This document shows positions 23,959 through 37,696 of a stretch of 64,000 bases of DNA, piece after piece. The position numbers were made by a program, and so were the translations under genes. The notes below the pieces were generated by a model. It was given only the letters and a program-made list of their open reading frames with translations. It had not been told where the DNA came from and made no database searches. Position 1 is the first letter of the stretch. The number at the start of each line of letters is the position of its first letter. Origin of the DNA: Felis catus (Eukaryota); contig NC_058368.1 of the NCBI RefSeq assembly GCF_018350175.1, positions 81,842,001-81,906,000 on the forward strand, in the 5' to 3' direction.

Positions 23959-26900
23959 GTGGGGATCGCGCCTTATTTCTGTCCGGAAGCTCGGGCTGGT
24001 GATCGGACTCGCACGTCCTCCTCGTAGCTACTGTGGTCCTGGGAGCAGGTTGATTTCTTTTGGATCACTGTCGCCTGCTGTCGCCTATTGTCACCTGCCC
24101 ACGGCTGGCAGGCAGTCTCCCAGGATGGTCCTCACCGGGCCACCTGGCGGTTCTTCAGATGAGCGGTTTAAGACGAGGTCGGCTCCGGTGAGAGGGGAAT
24201 AGTTCATTCGGGTCTGCAGTGAAACACCTGTGCCTGAAGGAGACCGTCACCAGGCTTTGCTTCAGTTCTCAAAAACACGTGATCCGTGGTTTGAATCAGT
24301 GGGTCGAGCTCCTGCCGGTCAGCAATCCGCGGCCGGTGCCCGGAGGACAGCTGAGCAGGACCCAAGGGGTGAGACGCCACTGTCCTCAGCACCCAGCCTG
24401 ACCCCCATCCAGGCCCGGGGCCCGCCCTCGCTCCCCTGGCCAGGGTCTTAACGGGAGGGAGAGGCTGTCCCCACTCTGAGTTTCACCTGCACGGAGTCAT
24501 TGCTGATCCTTCCTGTCCCGCTCTGAAATCCTTCCTGTCCCGCTCCGAAGTAGTTTTCACCGGACGCGGTGAGCCCTGCACCCACCACCAAGGGACAACA
24601 TGACAGGGATGGCGAGTGTCCACCTGGGGCTGGACCAGAGCCAGGCAGGCCTCTAGGAATGTGGGGAACACTCCTCCTTGCTCTGCATCTGGAGCTTTCT
24701 CGGCCTTGCCCTAGCTGGGCTCCGCCACAAATGGCCCTCTGAGTGGAGGCATCCCCGGCCTCCCCCTGGAGCTGTGTCACGGGCGTCCCTAGGCGAGCAG
24801 CTCGTGAGCATTTCCCTTCAGACGGGGTGGGGGTGGAGGGTCTCATAAACACCCCAGACCCGGTGGGCCTGAACCACGGCCCCAGTGACGGACACTTGTG
24901 TGTGTGAACACCGTTGGCCATTTGAACCTGGCTGGTGGGTAGTTGCATCCTCGGGTGGTGGCCTTGCCAGCATCTCTGTTTAGTAGGTTTCAAAACTTGA
25001 TTTTTGTCACTTGCCTTGTTGGTGACTGTTGGCGAGTGACAGGCCGCAGCCAGAACCCCCAGGGCGGTCTCCCCGAGATGGCGTGGCCCCGGGCTCTGGG
25101 AACTTGGTATGGTGCTGGCTATCAGCAGGTGTGTCCACCCCTGGAAGGGCACTTGGGGTGGAGGTGGCTCCCTCCTGGAGCAAGAGCACAGTTATGGGCG
25201 CAGACATGAGCACTGACCTTCGCGGCTGGAAGGTTATCTAGCTCTCCGTGCTCAGTGGGGCTGCAGTGAGCCTCCGTGACGGCTCAGACTCCTGTGGTGG
25301 TTGTGCCCCCAGCTCTGGGGACCCTGCTGGGGACCAAGACTAAGGGCGGGGAGGAAGCGGGGCGTATGGGTGACAGGCTGACCGCTTCCTAATGTAACCA
25401 CATGTCCTGGGCTGAGGCTCCAGAGTGGACTTGGAGGCTGGACCGTGGCTGTCGCGCACTGGCCCGGACTGTTCACGGCCGCACCAAGCAAGCAGTGTGT
25501 CAGGCAGGGAAACACGTGGCTGTGAAGGGTTCGTGAGTTTGTGTGTTGGTTTGAATGCCCTTGTCTGAAGCGCAGGAGCACGCACTTGTCACGGCCAGTG
25601 GTTCTGTGTCGCCACCGCGGTGCCGCGTCGGGGAGACCGGTCCACTGGCAGGGGCGAGCTGTCCCGGTTTGGGAATGTTGTTGCCACGGCGTTTACTTTT
25701 CAAAAAGTTCTGTCTCTCCTGATCGGTTAGTAGCGTCTTTAATGATACCACACCTGAACAGGTACCGGGCAGAGACAACTAAGTGCGGTCGCTGACGTGG
25801 GCGTGAAGCGGACGGTTACCGCCTGCAACATGAGGTTGAATCGTGGCGTCGCCGATGTGTTGCAAAACCCTTCGGATATCGATGCTTTCACGCGGCTCAC
25901 CTGATGCCTTAGTGCATTTAGGACGCTGGCTTGTGCGGGTGGCGCGGGCGACCCGTGGGGGGCGGGGGCCCAGCTGCGGGAAAATATACTGGGAAGGAAG
26001 GAAGCTCCAGGATTTCTGGTGTGGCCACTGGGCCTCAGCTCCGCAGAGAGCAGAATGGCCACTAGTGACCGCGGGTGGCGTTGTGCGTGGTCTCACAGGC
26101 GCTGTCCTGTGGTTTGTCTCCCAGAGCTCACACCGTGTTCCCGCAGAGGCCCCCTCCCCACGCACACTGCCCACCCCCAGCAGCCGCTCTCCTGCTGTCC
26201 GTCAGCACAGGAGTGATTTTGTTGTGTTTCCGCAGACAGTTGGTGGCTTTCCTGTTTCCCTCTGTGCTTGATGGAGTGTGCTGTACGATTACGGTGATCC
26301 AGGGGCCAAAGTGCTCTGGAGGAAGTGTGTCTGTGGGCCGTAACCAGCGCAGACGAGGGCCGTCGGGGAGGAGGTCTTTCTCCCTGTTGCCTTGCCCATG
26401 TCCGGACTAAAGTCCTGCCCATCTGTCCGTCCTGCCCACCTGTCCAGACCCACAAAAGTTCCACCTGTTCCACAAAGCACTGCTCTGTGACACGGCCGCT
26501 CAGTGTCGGGGGTGTGGGGCCTCCCTGACCGAGCACGACTGTGTTGTCCCCGGCAGGGCAGGTTCCCCTGCCTCCGAGACATGGCAGCGTGAGGACAGGG
26601 AGTATTTCCTTCCCCATGTCCCGTGCCACTGTTTTCATCTTCGGTGTGCGAGGCCTGGCGGTATTTGGGAATTACCACACCGGCCCGCAGGGTGGGCGGT
26701 CCGCGGACGGGCCAGGTCAAGCGGCCAGTAGTGCTAGGCCGCATGAAGCCGCGAGAATGTGTCCTGAAGCGCCTGACCCACGTGGACGAGAGGCCCGGAA
26801 GAAGTGGCTGCAGGATGTTCTGTGTATGCGCAGCGGGGGGGGGGGGGGGGGGGGAGGGACACGGACAGAGCCCCTTGGGGCGGGCAGAGAAGGCCCTGAG

Positions 26901-29427
26901 CAGCCGTCCCGGGATAGGTGGGAAGGAGCCTTCAGTCTGTGTCCTCGCGGACAAAATCGGAGAAGCTGGCCGGCGCCACCCCTGGGGGCTGCACTGAAAA
27001 CAAATCGAGGCGTGGATAAAAGTCTTCACATGGTTTGGTTTCAATCAGCAGGTTCCACCTGCAGGGGTTTAACCTAAGGAATCAATCAAAAACTGTCACC
27101 AAGGTTCATGAACAAAGCTGTTCCCGACAGTCATTATTTATGCCAGTGAGTGTTTGGGGAAAAGCGAGGTCACGTGTTAGGAGTTTGGTGATGCTGTCTG
27201 GTCGCTCAGACGACACAGTCACCATGTCTTGTGCCCTAAGTGAAGCCCGGCTACAAAACATCGCACCACAAGGACGACTTTGTAAACAGAGCACGTGCAC
27301 TTTTGATCAGAGATTTGCAGCTGTGTTTTTTTATCACCCATTGGTAATCTGTTTTCCTCTGTCTTTCTGTGTCAAGAGGCTGTGTTATCTCTGTGAGAAG
27401 AGGGTTTCCTGAGGCAGGACGTGAGGTTGGACGCATGCAGGCGTCAGGACCCAGCCCTGTCCTGCGCTGACCCCCTGTTCCTGGACGTGTCCCCCAAACA
27501 GGCTGCTTCTGCAGGAACCATCCTGCCTGGTCTCCCTGGGTCTGTGGCCCTTCTGCCAGGCCGAGCTCACCCTGCGGTTTGGAAGGGAAACGTCTCCTGG
27601 GAGAACGTTCCTGGCACTTTGCCGGTAGCCCTCGGAGAAAGGCCCGAGTGTGCACAAAGCCACGGGAAGTGGGGACAGGGGTCCTGGCGCGGCCAGACTG
27701 GCGTCCCCTGGAGCTGAGGGTCAGGTCTGGTGGCTCTGCCCGGTGTCGGCCCTGGAGGCCGCGGCCCTCCCACACCCCGGCCTGCCCCGACACCCTCGCA
27801 CCACGCTGTGGCACCTCAGAGAGGCACTGACGTGTCTTTGTCCTGGATTTTTCTTCGAAACCGTAGCTCCTGAGAACCTGAACCACCTCCTGGGGGGCAC
27901 TTTCATTAAAGACGAGTCGCAGTGGCCCTTCCTAGAGGTATGTGACGTCTGCTCATCCGTCCTGGGGATGGAGGCGGTCGCCGTGAGCGTTGCTTGGATT
28001 CACTGATTCTTCAGACTTCCCGTGTCCTGGTCTGCTCGCTCCCTTCGCCCTTGTTAGCTGGCACCCCCGGCACACGCTCGGTCCTTTCCCTCATGTTTAC
28101 CGGTTTGTAGGATGGTACGTTAGTTGCTGGCATCTCCCCGAGGGAAGTGGGGAGGGCGTAAAAATACCGCTTTAAACCCTTAAAAAGTAAAATTGAACCA
28201 AGTATGGTTAAAAGACCTTGTCGGCTTTGCTGGCTGGCTGCGTGCCCGGGCAGCGGCCCATCCACGGAGGAAAGGGGCTCCAGGTGTAGAAGGCGAGGAC
28301 CTCGCTTACGAACAGGAGGACGAGGAACTTTACTCTGGAAGAAAAGCGGGGGGCCCTTGCGGGGTCATCACTTAGGGGTCCGGCCGACAGGCCACTGACT
28401 GGCTGGTGCTGCTCAGGACACTCTGTGGCTAGGGAGTCAGAGCTGTGATTGAGTCTTTTTGGTGACGGGCCAGCGCCTGCTCCGTTTGGGGCCTGTGTCG
28501 TGTTTTTAACAGAACTAAGAAACTTTGATATTCTATGTATGTTCAGCTGTTCGTATTGGTCAAATTGTCCCTTTTGGGGCCTTGGGAGCCCCCCGGGTCC
28601 GCCGGGCCTGCTGCCGCATCCTGGGCGTGTCCTCGCAGAGAGGAGCGGTGACGAGCTCCTGGCACAGGGCTGCCCACCGCCACTCGGCCGTGCCACTCCT
28701 TTGCACTTCAAGTGTGCCACACGCACATGCTCGTGCGCCCGAGTTCTTAGCCGCAGAAGCTAACGAGCTGTGTGGACAACGCACACATACTGCCTGCCGC
28801 GTGGCCTCAGGGGAGGAGGGTCTAGAAAGGGCAGGGCTGGCCTCTCAGCCACAGGAGGCAGTGCGGAGGGTGGGATCCCCGTGCACACATGTGCCACAGC
28901 ACATCCACGGCTGGCATGGACCAGAGCCTCTCCCCTCTCGTAGCTGGAACACACTGATTCCTTCTGATGCTCTCAGTTCAACTTCGGGACCACGTGGGGC
29001 CCAGATCTCTGTCTTCCTGACCCCGTGCCCCAGTCCCACTTTCCAGTGACAGCAGCAGCCGGTGTGAACGGCAGAAGCCACTCCGTCCCAGACTCAGATC
29101 ACGATGGCTGAGGGGGGAGGGGGGCTTGATTTTCGGCTGTGGGGCGGGGTCTGCCCCACGAGGGACGTACAGTCGAATCACCAGGTCCTGAAGTCCCTGG
29201 GAGTCATTTCCGCGGGGTGGTGCCAGTAAGCAGGTAAGTAAATCCTCTCTTTCATTTGTAGTGATCGCCACTCACACTTCCACTCTGCTTTGTAACCGTG
29301 TAAGGTAACCGTGCATTTCCGAGCCCAGTGACGTACATCCAGAGCCGTCTAGGGTCTGTCCCTACCTGCTCCTCCTGTCCCACCTTCCCCCAGAATCGCC
29401 TTTCTCCTCTTCGGTTTTTGGCGTATG

Positions 29428-29429
<2 letters not shown>

Positions 29430-29476
<47 letters not shown>
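29430..29476. repeat. (TG)n microsatellite
   Basis: Pure TG run of about 23 units. Confidence 0.97.
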
Positions 29477-29478
<2 letters not shown>

Positions 29479-29835
29479 GCACGTGTGTACACGTACTCAC
29501 ATCTCCTCTTGTTTGTGTATACACATGTCCCTTCACTGTGCTTCCTTCTAACCTGGTACATTTTGGACAGGCTCCCCCACAGGGTGGTGGCCATGCCACC
29601 CGCCCCCCCGGGTCTGTCTCCTGGGCCATCCCGCCTCCTCTGACCTGCATTCCGGGTTACCAGATGCTTGGCCTCCAACACTGACGCTGTCCCCAGGGTC
29701 CCGGCCAGTGTGAGAAAGTGAATCCTGATTTGTCCTCGAGGGAGAGGCGGCCATTGGTCCCACTGGCCACTCACTGCCTGTCAGGGCCCTTAGGGCTGTG
29801 GTCGTTGGGGTTCCTGCTTCCTGGGAGAGTGAAAC

Positions 29836-29857
29836 ATGTCTGCATGTGTCTGTGTGA

Positions 29858-29900
<43 letters not shown>

Positions 29901-30500
29901 TGGGGTGTGTGTGAGTGCGTCTGTGTGTGTGTGTGTGTGTGTGTGTATGTCTATGTGTGAGTGTATCTGTGTGTGTGTTTGTGAGTGTGTGTGTATACGA
30001 GTGTGTGTGTGTCTGGGGTGTGTGTGAATACGTCTGTGTGTGAGTGTGCATGTCTGTGTGTGTGTCTGTATGTGTCTGTGTGTGTGTCTGTGTGTGGGGG
30101 GGTATGTGTGAGTGCATCTGTGTGTGAGTGCGTCTGTGTATGTGTGAGTGTGTCTGTATATGTCTATGTGTGTGTGTGTATGAGTATGTGTGAGTGTGTC
30201 TGGGGTGTGTGTGGATACGTCTGTGTGTGAGTGTGCATGTCTGTGTGTGTGTCTGCATGTGTCTGTGTGTGTCTGTGTGTGGGGTATGTGTGAGTGCATC
30301 TGTGTGAGTGCGTCTGTGTATGTGTGAGCGTGTCTGTATATGTCTGTGTGTGTGTGTCTGGGGTGTGTCTGTATGTGTCTGTGGTGAATGTGTGAGTGCA
30401 TCTGTGTGTGTGTCTGTGTGTGTGTCTGGGGTGTGTGTGAGTGCATCTGCGTGTGTGAGTGTATCTCTATGTGTCTGTGTGTGTGTGTCTGGGGTGTGTC
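29836..30500. repeat. Long compound TG-rich satellite
   Basis: About 660 bp of tg dinucleotides punctuated by tctg, gagtg and tctgggg. Confidence 0.95.
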
Positions 30501-30759
30501 TCCGTGGCTTTGATGACCTTACTTTCCTGCTGCTCACAGACCTCCAGGACTCCCTGTTCAGTGCTCACACCAGGTGCAAGCTTTCCTAAAGCCCCCGCTT
30601 GTCTCGTCTTTTCTCCGAGGAACAGCCTGGGCCCTCTCCTTTTCCCACCCTCCTTGCTTTCCTTTTTTCTTTCTTTCTTTTTTGGGTTTATAAATAATAG
30701 TATCTGTCTTCGTGGCTCAAAATCAAAATGAAGTAAAAGCTATCCCCTGAGAGTTCGCT

Positions 30760-32360
30760 CTCGGACCCGGTGCACCTGCAAGGCCACACCCATGGGTGCT
30801 CTCCCCTGCGGGGCCCCGCGCCTGCTGGTCTCAGCAAACACAGCTCCTGCCGGCCGGGATAAGACGCAGCGGGCCACACGTGCCGCCGTGCATGCTTTTC
30901 CCGCTCACCGTGTTCCGGAAGTTGCGCATCAATGAGGAGTGAGCCCTCAGTCTCTGTTGGCGGATGCTGGGGCTCGTCCCTCTTTGTCACAGTTGCAAAC
31001 TCTGCTGCAGTTAGTGCCACTTGGTACGTGTGCTGGCGCGTTCCAGATCCCCGGAGGCTGAGCAAGCAGCAGACGCTTCTGACGGCTTTGCTAGAATTGT
31101 GGCTGCCTGTGGGCTCCTCGTGCCCGGTGCTGTCACGACAGCGCTGTCTGCAGAGGCTCCGGGGAGTGGCTGTGGTCCCGTCTCAGCATCCGTCCCCGCT
31201 CAGCGTGTGGTGTGACCCGTATGTGGCTTACAAGAGACCTTTAACCCCCCTCGTTTGTTTCAGGGTTGTTTCCTCTTCCCTTTGCCCATTTTCTTATTGG
31301 GCTGCTAATCTTTTAATGGTTTCTAGGAGCTCTTTACAAGTGAGAGAGATTGGCCCTTGTGATTGGAATTGGAAGAACTTTTTTCTCAGGCTACCGTTGG
31401 CCTGACTTCCTTTTTTACCAGTTTTAAAATGTAGTTGGGGGGCCCCTGGGGGGCTCAGTCGGTTCAGCGTCGGACTTCAGCTCAGGTCATGATCTCGCAA
31501 TTCCTGGGTTTGAGCCCCGCTTTGGGCTCTGTGCTGACAGCTCGGAGCCTGGATCCTGCTTCGGATTCTGTGTCTCCCTCTCTCTCTGCCCCTCTCCTGC
31601 TCGTGCTCTGTCTCTCTCTCTCTAAAATTAATAGTAAACATTTAAAATAATAATAATAGGGGCACCTGGGTGGCTCAGTCGGTTAAGCGTCTAACTTCAG
31701 CTCAGGTCACGATCTCATGGTCCGTGAGTTCGAGCCCCGCGTCGGGCTCTGGGCTGATGGCTCAGAGCCTGGAGCCTGCTTCCAATTCTGTGTCTCCCTC
31801 TCTCTCTGCCCCTCCCCCGTTCATGTTCTGTCTCTCTCTGTCTCAAAAATAAAAAAAATAAAATAAAATAATAATAATAAAAATAAAATGTAGTTGAGTT
31901 TCAGTATCTTACGGATTTTGGATGTTGAGTTACTGTTCAAAAGGCCTTGTTATTCTAAGGTTTTAAAGGAATTCACCCAATTTTTACCCCTGATACTTTT
32001 ACTCACACTTAAACCTTTAACCCATTTGGGTTTATTTTGTTGCATGGTTTCAAGTATGGGTCCACCTTCGTTTTTCTGTGGTCCTGACGCCTTTTATTGG
32101 TTTTCTATCTTCACGGCATGTACTGGAGACACCACGATGAAAATCCGTCAAATTTCATTCTGTGTTTGAGTCAGTGTCTGAGATTTCTGTTCTGCATCAT
32201 CAGTCTGTTTGTCTTTCAGTTTCTGGCACCACTCACTTTAATTACTGGGGCTCTGGGGCGTGTTTTAACATTTTATACGGTCCTGTCATTTCACTGCTGC
32301 GTTCAGAGTTTACCTGGCCATTCTTGGTAGCTTTATTTTTCCATATGAAATCCAAAATTC
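30760..32360 (-). mobile_element. Degenerate antisense L1 fragment(s) surrounding the tandem SINEs
   Basis: T-rich L1-antisense motifs (tttgcccattttcttattggg, tttaacccatttgggtttatttt, tttatttttccatatgaa). Confidence 0.6.
31437..31884 (+). mobile_element. Two tandem Can-SINEs (31437-31658 and 31659-31884)
   Basis: Two full SINE heads. The outer TSD aaaatgtagttg (31426 and 31885) brackets both copies. Confidence 0.93.
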
Positions 32361-35114
32361 ATTCTAATTACATAGTTACATAAACAAGTCAGCAAGTAAT
32401 TATGGCTCTATTTCTTCTTTGAGTTTTTCATTCTTCTTATTTCTTCCTTGTCGAGTGGCATCGTCTAACGTTTCTAGGACATTGTTATACAGCAGGTGTC
32501 CTGTCAGGAACACGTACTGCCCGGCATGCGTGTGGAGACGTGTGTCCGGGTTTCATGGTAGATCCACTGTGGGGGCGGCAGTTGAACCCAGTCCGGGCGT
32601 GTGTGGCCGTGTGTGTGTGAGACTGCGGGCTCCCATGTGCTCGTGTCTGTGTCTTCAGTGTTAGCCAGAGAAGCTCTGTGCGTTCTGGGTACGGGTCCGT
32701 GGTCCCCTCCACACCCCTTAGCTTCTAGCCCCGGGTCCCTCACCTCTGTGTGTGATGGGCAGGTGTCCGGTGGAATCGGGGAGTGGGTTGGAGCCAAGTG
32801 CCCTCACCAACCCAGCCTGCAGGGTAGGTCCCAGAAGGGCCTCAAGGCTAGGCCGCGAGAGCCTGAGTGCACCTTCTGGAAATTTCCACAGCCTCTGAGG
32901 GACGCACTGGTGGGATGCCATGGGGGGTGAGGAACCGAGCAGGGCCCGCCTTCCAGAGCAAGGTCTAGGAGACCCTGGGGCCATGCCAGCCACTAAGGGC
33001 CAGGCTCTGGGAGCAGATCCCTCCGGAGGTGGGAGGCAGTGGCACAGAAAGCCCTCCTCCCTCCCCCGGACTCCACCTGGTGAGGAGCAGGGAGGGGGGA
33101 GGGAGAGGGCAGATGGAGTCACCCCAGAGTGCTGCTGACGCTGCGGCCCACCTGGGCAGGTCTCGGGGGGCATATTCCGTCCACATCCACGGCCCACGTC
33201 GGCCTTGGGTGTCAGGGGCAGTTTGGTCAGTGAGTGCCCCACACACTCATTCAAGACGTGGGGCTACTCAGACACTTACAGGTTAGAGCAGGAATATCAT
33301 GACCGGATAGAGGAAGCTTCCTGCTTCACACTCTTTCTTCTGTGGAAACAGTGTCCCTTCTGAGTGATGGGGCATTAGCACACGGCCAGCACGGCCTGGA
33401 CCCCACGATTGGCCCCCCTCAGAAGGCTCTGGGGAGGCCTCGCCCGCCTCAGTGCCTCCGTGTGCCCCCCACCCCCATCCCCGAGCACAGGTGTGAGACT
33501 CGGAGACCCGTCTGCTGTGCTGGCCCCAGGACACGTCAGTGCGGCCAGGCCCCCCCCACCCGCCCCCGCTGGATGGAGCCCCAGACCCCCACGTGGGACT
33601 GAATGGGCGTGGATCTGGCCCCTGAGGACGCAGCCACGGGTGAACTGCTCTGCACGGAGCTGGGGTCAGCGTTGAGGCGTCCTCGGGGGTACCTGGAGGT
33701 CACTCGATGAGAAGTGGCCCTGGGAAGGTGGGTGGATGCTGCTTAGCTCACACTCACAATCAGTTCTTGTGCAGGGTCTGGAGGGCGCCTGGTGCCCTGC
33801 CCGGCACGGGCTGTGGCAGTGCTGAGGCCCCTGGGGGAGGCCCTCGACCTGGGAGGGAGGCCGGGGAGGGGTGAGGGCCCGTGGCTGCGGGCTCGTGACC
33901 CCGAGGCTGAGCTGTGCACAGAAGCAGGACCTGGGGGATGCCCAGCTGGCACCAACACCGACAGCGAAGCAAACAGCCGATGCAAGAACCCCCTCGCTGG
34001 GCCCCGGCGTGCCTGCTTCCCTGGCAGCTGCTGGGCCTGCGGGTGAAGGGAGGGCGTGCGCCGGTGGGCTGTGCTTCCTGTGCCCGGGCCAGCGTGCACC
34101 TGCACCCACGGAGCATGATGGGTGACAGAACATCATCAGAGGTCAGAGACACCACAGCTGTTTCCTAAGCTGAGCGCCTCTGCACAAAGAGGTGGCGAGC
34201 GTCCGGAGCACAGCCCACACGTGGCCTGTGACCCCACAGAGGCCGAGGGCTTGTTCGGCGCTTACTGCTGTCACTTCCCTCCGAATGACCCGTCCCTGGA
34301 CGCATTCCACTAACTCTTCAAATCAGCGGTCCTATGTCAGGCATGCCGATTATTTCAACTTTTTTTTTTTTAAATCTTAGTGAATAGTCTTCATTCAAAT
34401 CTTTGCACGTTGGTCTGTTGGAGTTATTTTCGAGGCTCTGTTTCCTGTAGCAGCTACCATCCAAAGGACAGTGGTATCGTTGTTTGCAGATCGCCATCTG
34501 AGAGGCCAGATGAGGCCTCCTGAAAACATGGGCTCCACAGCAGGTAGAGGTGAAGGGTGAAGGGACGCTGGTGACAGCCAATATTTAGGAAGCACCTGCT
34601 ATGTGCCAGGAGCCGCCAAGTGCAGGGATGCACAGGGGGCCCTTTACAAACAAGTGCGGAGGGGGCGTGGCCATCGTTGGGGAGCAAGATCGGAGCCCAA
34701 GAGCTGGGGGCACATCCCGGGGTCTCCGGGACCATCCCTGGAGTGGCTGCCCAGACACGGAGGAGCTCCCACTGGGGGTGCTGACGAGGACACCCCGCGA
34801 ACAGAGTCCACCACCACAGCTCAGACAACGTTCGCGAAGGAGACACATGAGCTGGCATGGCTGGCCACCTGCACTGCCCCCGAGGGTGCTGTGAGCACAA
34901 GAGCGATCCCTGCACGAGGTGTCTGGTCAGACTTCGCTTCTCTGCACCAGAGACCGTGAGGTGCACTCAGGACGCCCACTTGTCATATAGCGACTGGCTT
35001 CCTCACTCCCTGTTTGCAGGTCGACATCTGTCTTTAAAATTCTCAGGCGTCAGGATTTATCTTACACTCAGTCCTGCTTCTCCTGAGAGGGGTGCAACCC
35101 ATTGCTTGCTGTTT

Positions 35115-35660
35115 GCTTTCTAATGAACAAATTTGATCTTTAGAGCAGTTTCAGGTTCACAGAAAAATTGTGCAGAAAGTACTGAGTTCTCCTTTGCCTC
35201 GGCCCCCCCCCCAGCCTCCCCCGACATCATGTCCCCCAGCAGATGGGACGTTTGTCATAATCTGTGAGCCTACACATCCCTGTTACTTGACATCCACGGC
35301 TTATGTCACGGCCCTTCCTGGTGCCGTGCATTCTGTGGGTGCGAACGAATGTATGGTGATGGGTCCCCCATTAGCATCAAGGAGAACACCCATGGCTATT
35401 TTGCTTCTAAAACGCGTTGTTACATTTTAGTGAGATTTACGGCAGTGACTTCCGTGGGATACTGTCAGGGTGGATGTGCGACACCACATATCTGTCGGAA
35501 CTCGGTAGCATGACCTCGAATGTAAACCAGGGCCTTTAGCTGACTATGTCACGGTGGCATTCGGGGACGGTCACGCATGCGCCACATCAGGCACGGGACT
35601 GGAGCAGCACGTGTGTGAACCCTGCACTTTGTATTCTGCTTTCCTGTAAACCAGTTCTCT
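35115..35660. mobile_element. L1M 3'-end fragments
   Basis: tttagagcagtttcaggttcacagaaaaattgtgcagaaagtac is an L1MC-type 3' UTR motif; the adjacent fragment appears to be in the opposite sense. Confidence 0.55.
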
Positions 35661-37696
35661 GTAGAGGGCTTATCGCAGAAGGAAGTGAGGCTGCTTCACC
35701 ATCTTTGGGACCTTTTCCATGAGATCTGTTCAAAGCCGTGGTGACGGGTTGGCCACGACGGACCACGGGGCTGCCGTGGGCACCATGTCCCAACCCGGGG
35801 CACAGTTGTCACCTTGTGAGCAGGAAGAGTGGGTGATCGTGGAGACGGCCGGAGAGTGGCTGACGGAAGGAGCAATACTGGCTGTAAGAGTGGTGACGTC
35901 TGGTGTCACCAAGTGGTGGACGCTCGTGGGGCCCAAACTGCGTGGCTAGGTTGGCACTGACGGCCGCTTAGCTTTCAAGGCCGTGCTGCAGTGGGGAGCA
36001 TCCACGCAGCGTGGCTCTCGGGCACCACAGTGGCTTCCCTGTGGCCACAGGTGGAAAAGTTTGGGCTGTTTCCCAGGAAACCCTGAGCCCGTCGATGGGT
36101 GAGCCCCGTGTCTTCTGGGGTCTCCTGTCTCGAGGGGATTTCTCTTTGAAACTTTAAACCCTTTTCTGTGTGTACTTGTTGAAATTCTAGAGCTTTTGAC
36201 AACTCACGCTAGAATTCAGTCACCTTTTTATTGTCAGTTTTTCACTTGAAATGTCAAAAATTTTAAGACATCATTCTGTTACATAGCCTAATTGTTCTAA
36301 CTAAAACTCGCCAAGACCTTCCAATAGGTACCCCCAAAGGTCAGTTTTCTTCCCTTCTGGGTAAAAACTACAGTAACCAAAATTTCAAAGTACAAAAAGA
36401 TGCAGCCATGGCCCCGTGAGTGTCATTGCCAGCGAGGTGTCTTGTGACCCGAGTGCTGCCTGACTCAGAGGCCTGTGGCCACGTGCTGCGCAAATTGAGT
36501 TCGGCGAGAACGGGCCACACGGGGGAGGCCAGAGCTCCGTGTCCCCAGTGCTGCTGACGTTTGCTGGCTGTCCTCTCCCAGGTGCATGTCCCGCCCTGGG
36601 CTGCCTCGGGGACTCTTTCTGAATGATTCGGCCACAGCAAGGTGTGTGGGCAGCAGCTCCGACCGGCAGAGCCACAGAGGAGATGCCGGTGCCCTGACCT
36701 GACTTGAGCCCAGGAAAGACCAGTTCTGGGAAGATTTTCCCCGATCTTCCCTCTAAGTAAAGCAGAGAACCCTGGGCCCAATGTGTAAGAAAATCCTGCA
36801 AGATGAAGAGAAGGAGGTGGTGACCAGGATGTCGGGGTCTGGGGCACAGGGCTGGGTGCCTGGGCTTCCTTTCGCCCGGAATATTCCAGACCAGGCGCTG
36901 GAGAAACCAGCAGCCTAGAAACACCAAAGGGCATAAACAAACAAAAAAGAGCTGAAACCACAGCCTGTTCTCAGAGACTTGGGGAGCCCGGCCTCCCACC
37001 CCATGGCTGCCCGAGGCCCCCACACCCACAAGAAAGCCATGCCGGGAGCTCATCCCCACTCCCTGCTGGGGTGACGTCGGAGGAGGCCTCTCGGAGTCTG
37101 GGCATCACTGCCACCAAAGGGCAATGCAGTCACCCCACCACAGTGACCGTGGAGATATGTGGGGAGCAGAACACGGCACCCCACAGCCTCCCAGCCAGGG
37201 GGCCTAGCGGGGGGTGGGGGGTTGGCTAGCAGGAGGCCTAGCAGGGGGCCTAGCGGGGGGTGGGGCAGGGGTCCACCCCTCCCAGGACTGACAAGGACCG
37301 TTGTCCCCCTCAGATGTCAGCAGAGTCCTCGAGTGTCACCTGCAGGGTCTGGACTTGGACACACGCCTACAGTGAAGAGGTGGTGTCCTTCCCTCGCTGT
37401 CTGTGCGCCCGAGGAAGCCAGCTGACGCAGAAGGTTTCCATGAGATCCGGAACCTCCTAATGTAATAAAGAAATGTCCATGTTTCCATAAAAAAGGAATC
37501 GTCCTGTCAGGACCCAGGAGAATCTCGACCTGACTAAGAAAGGACAGTAGGTGCCAGCACTGAGTGACAGAAGTGAGCGAGGCTGTCACAACGATGCTGC
37601 ATGGAGTTATCACAGGTGCGATTTCCGAAAGCAAACACAGAGGTTCTCAGCAACGAAGAAGAAAATGGGAATTTGGAAATGAAAAATATGGTAACT

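Noticed and set aside
26835..26854. Run of about 20 G
   Set aside because: Simple homopolymer whose length is unreliable in sequencing, with no further structure.
28193..28375. Acidic ORF (GEDLAYEQEDEELYSG) as a possible exon
   Set aside because: No convincing flanking splice sites or ATG context, and no recognisable homology.
29548..30537. 329-aa His/Thr-rich minus-strand ORF
   Set aside because: Translation of the (CA)n-type satellite.
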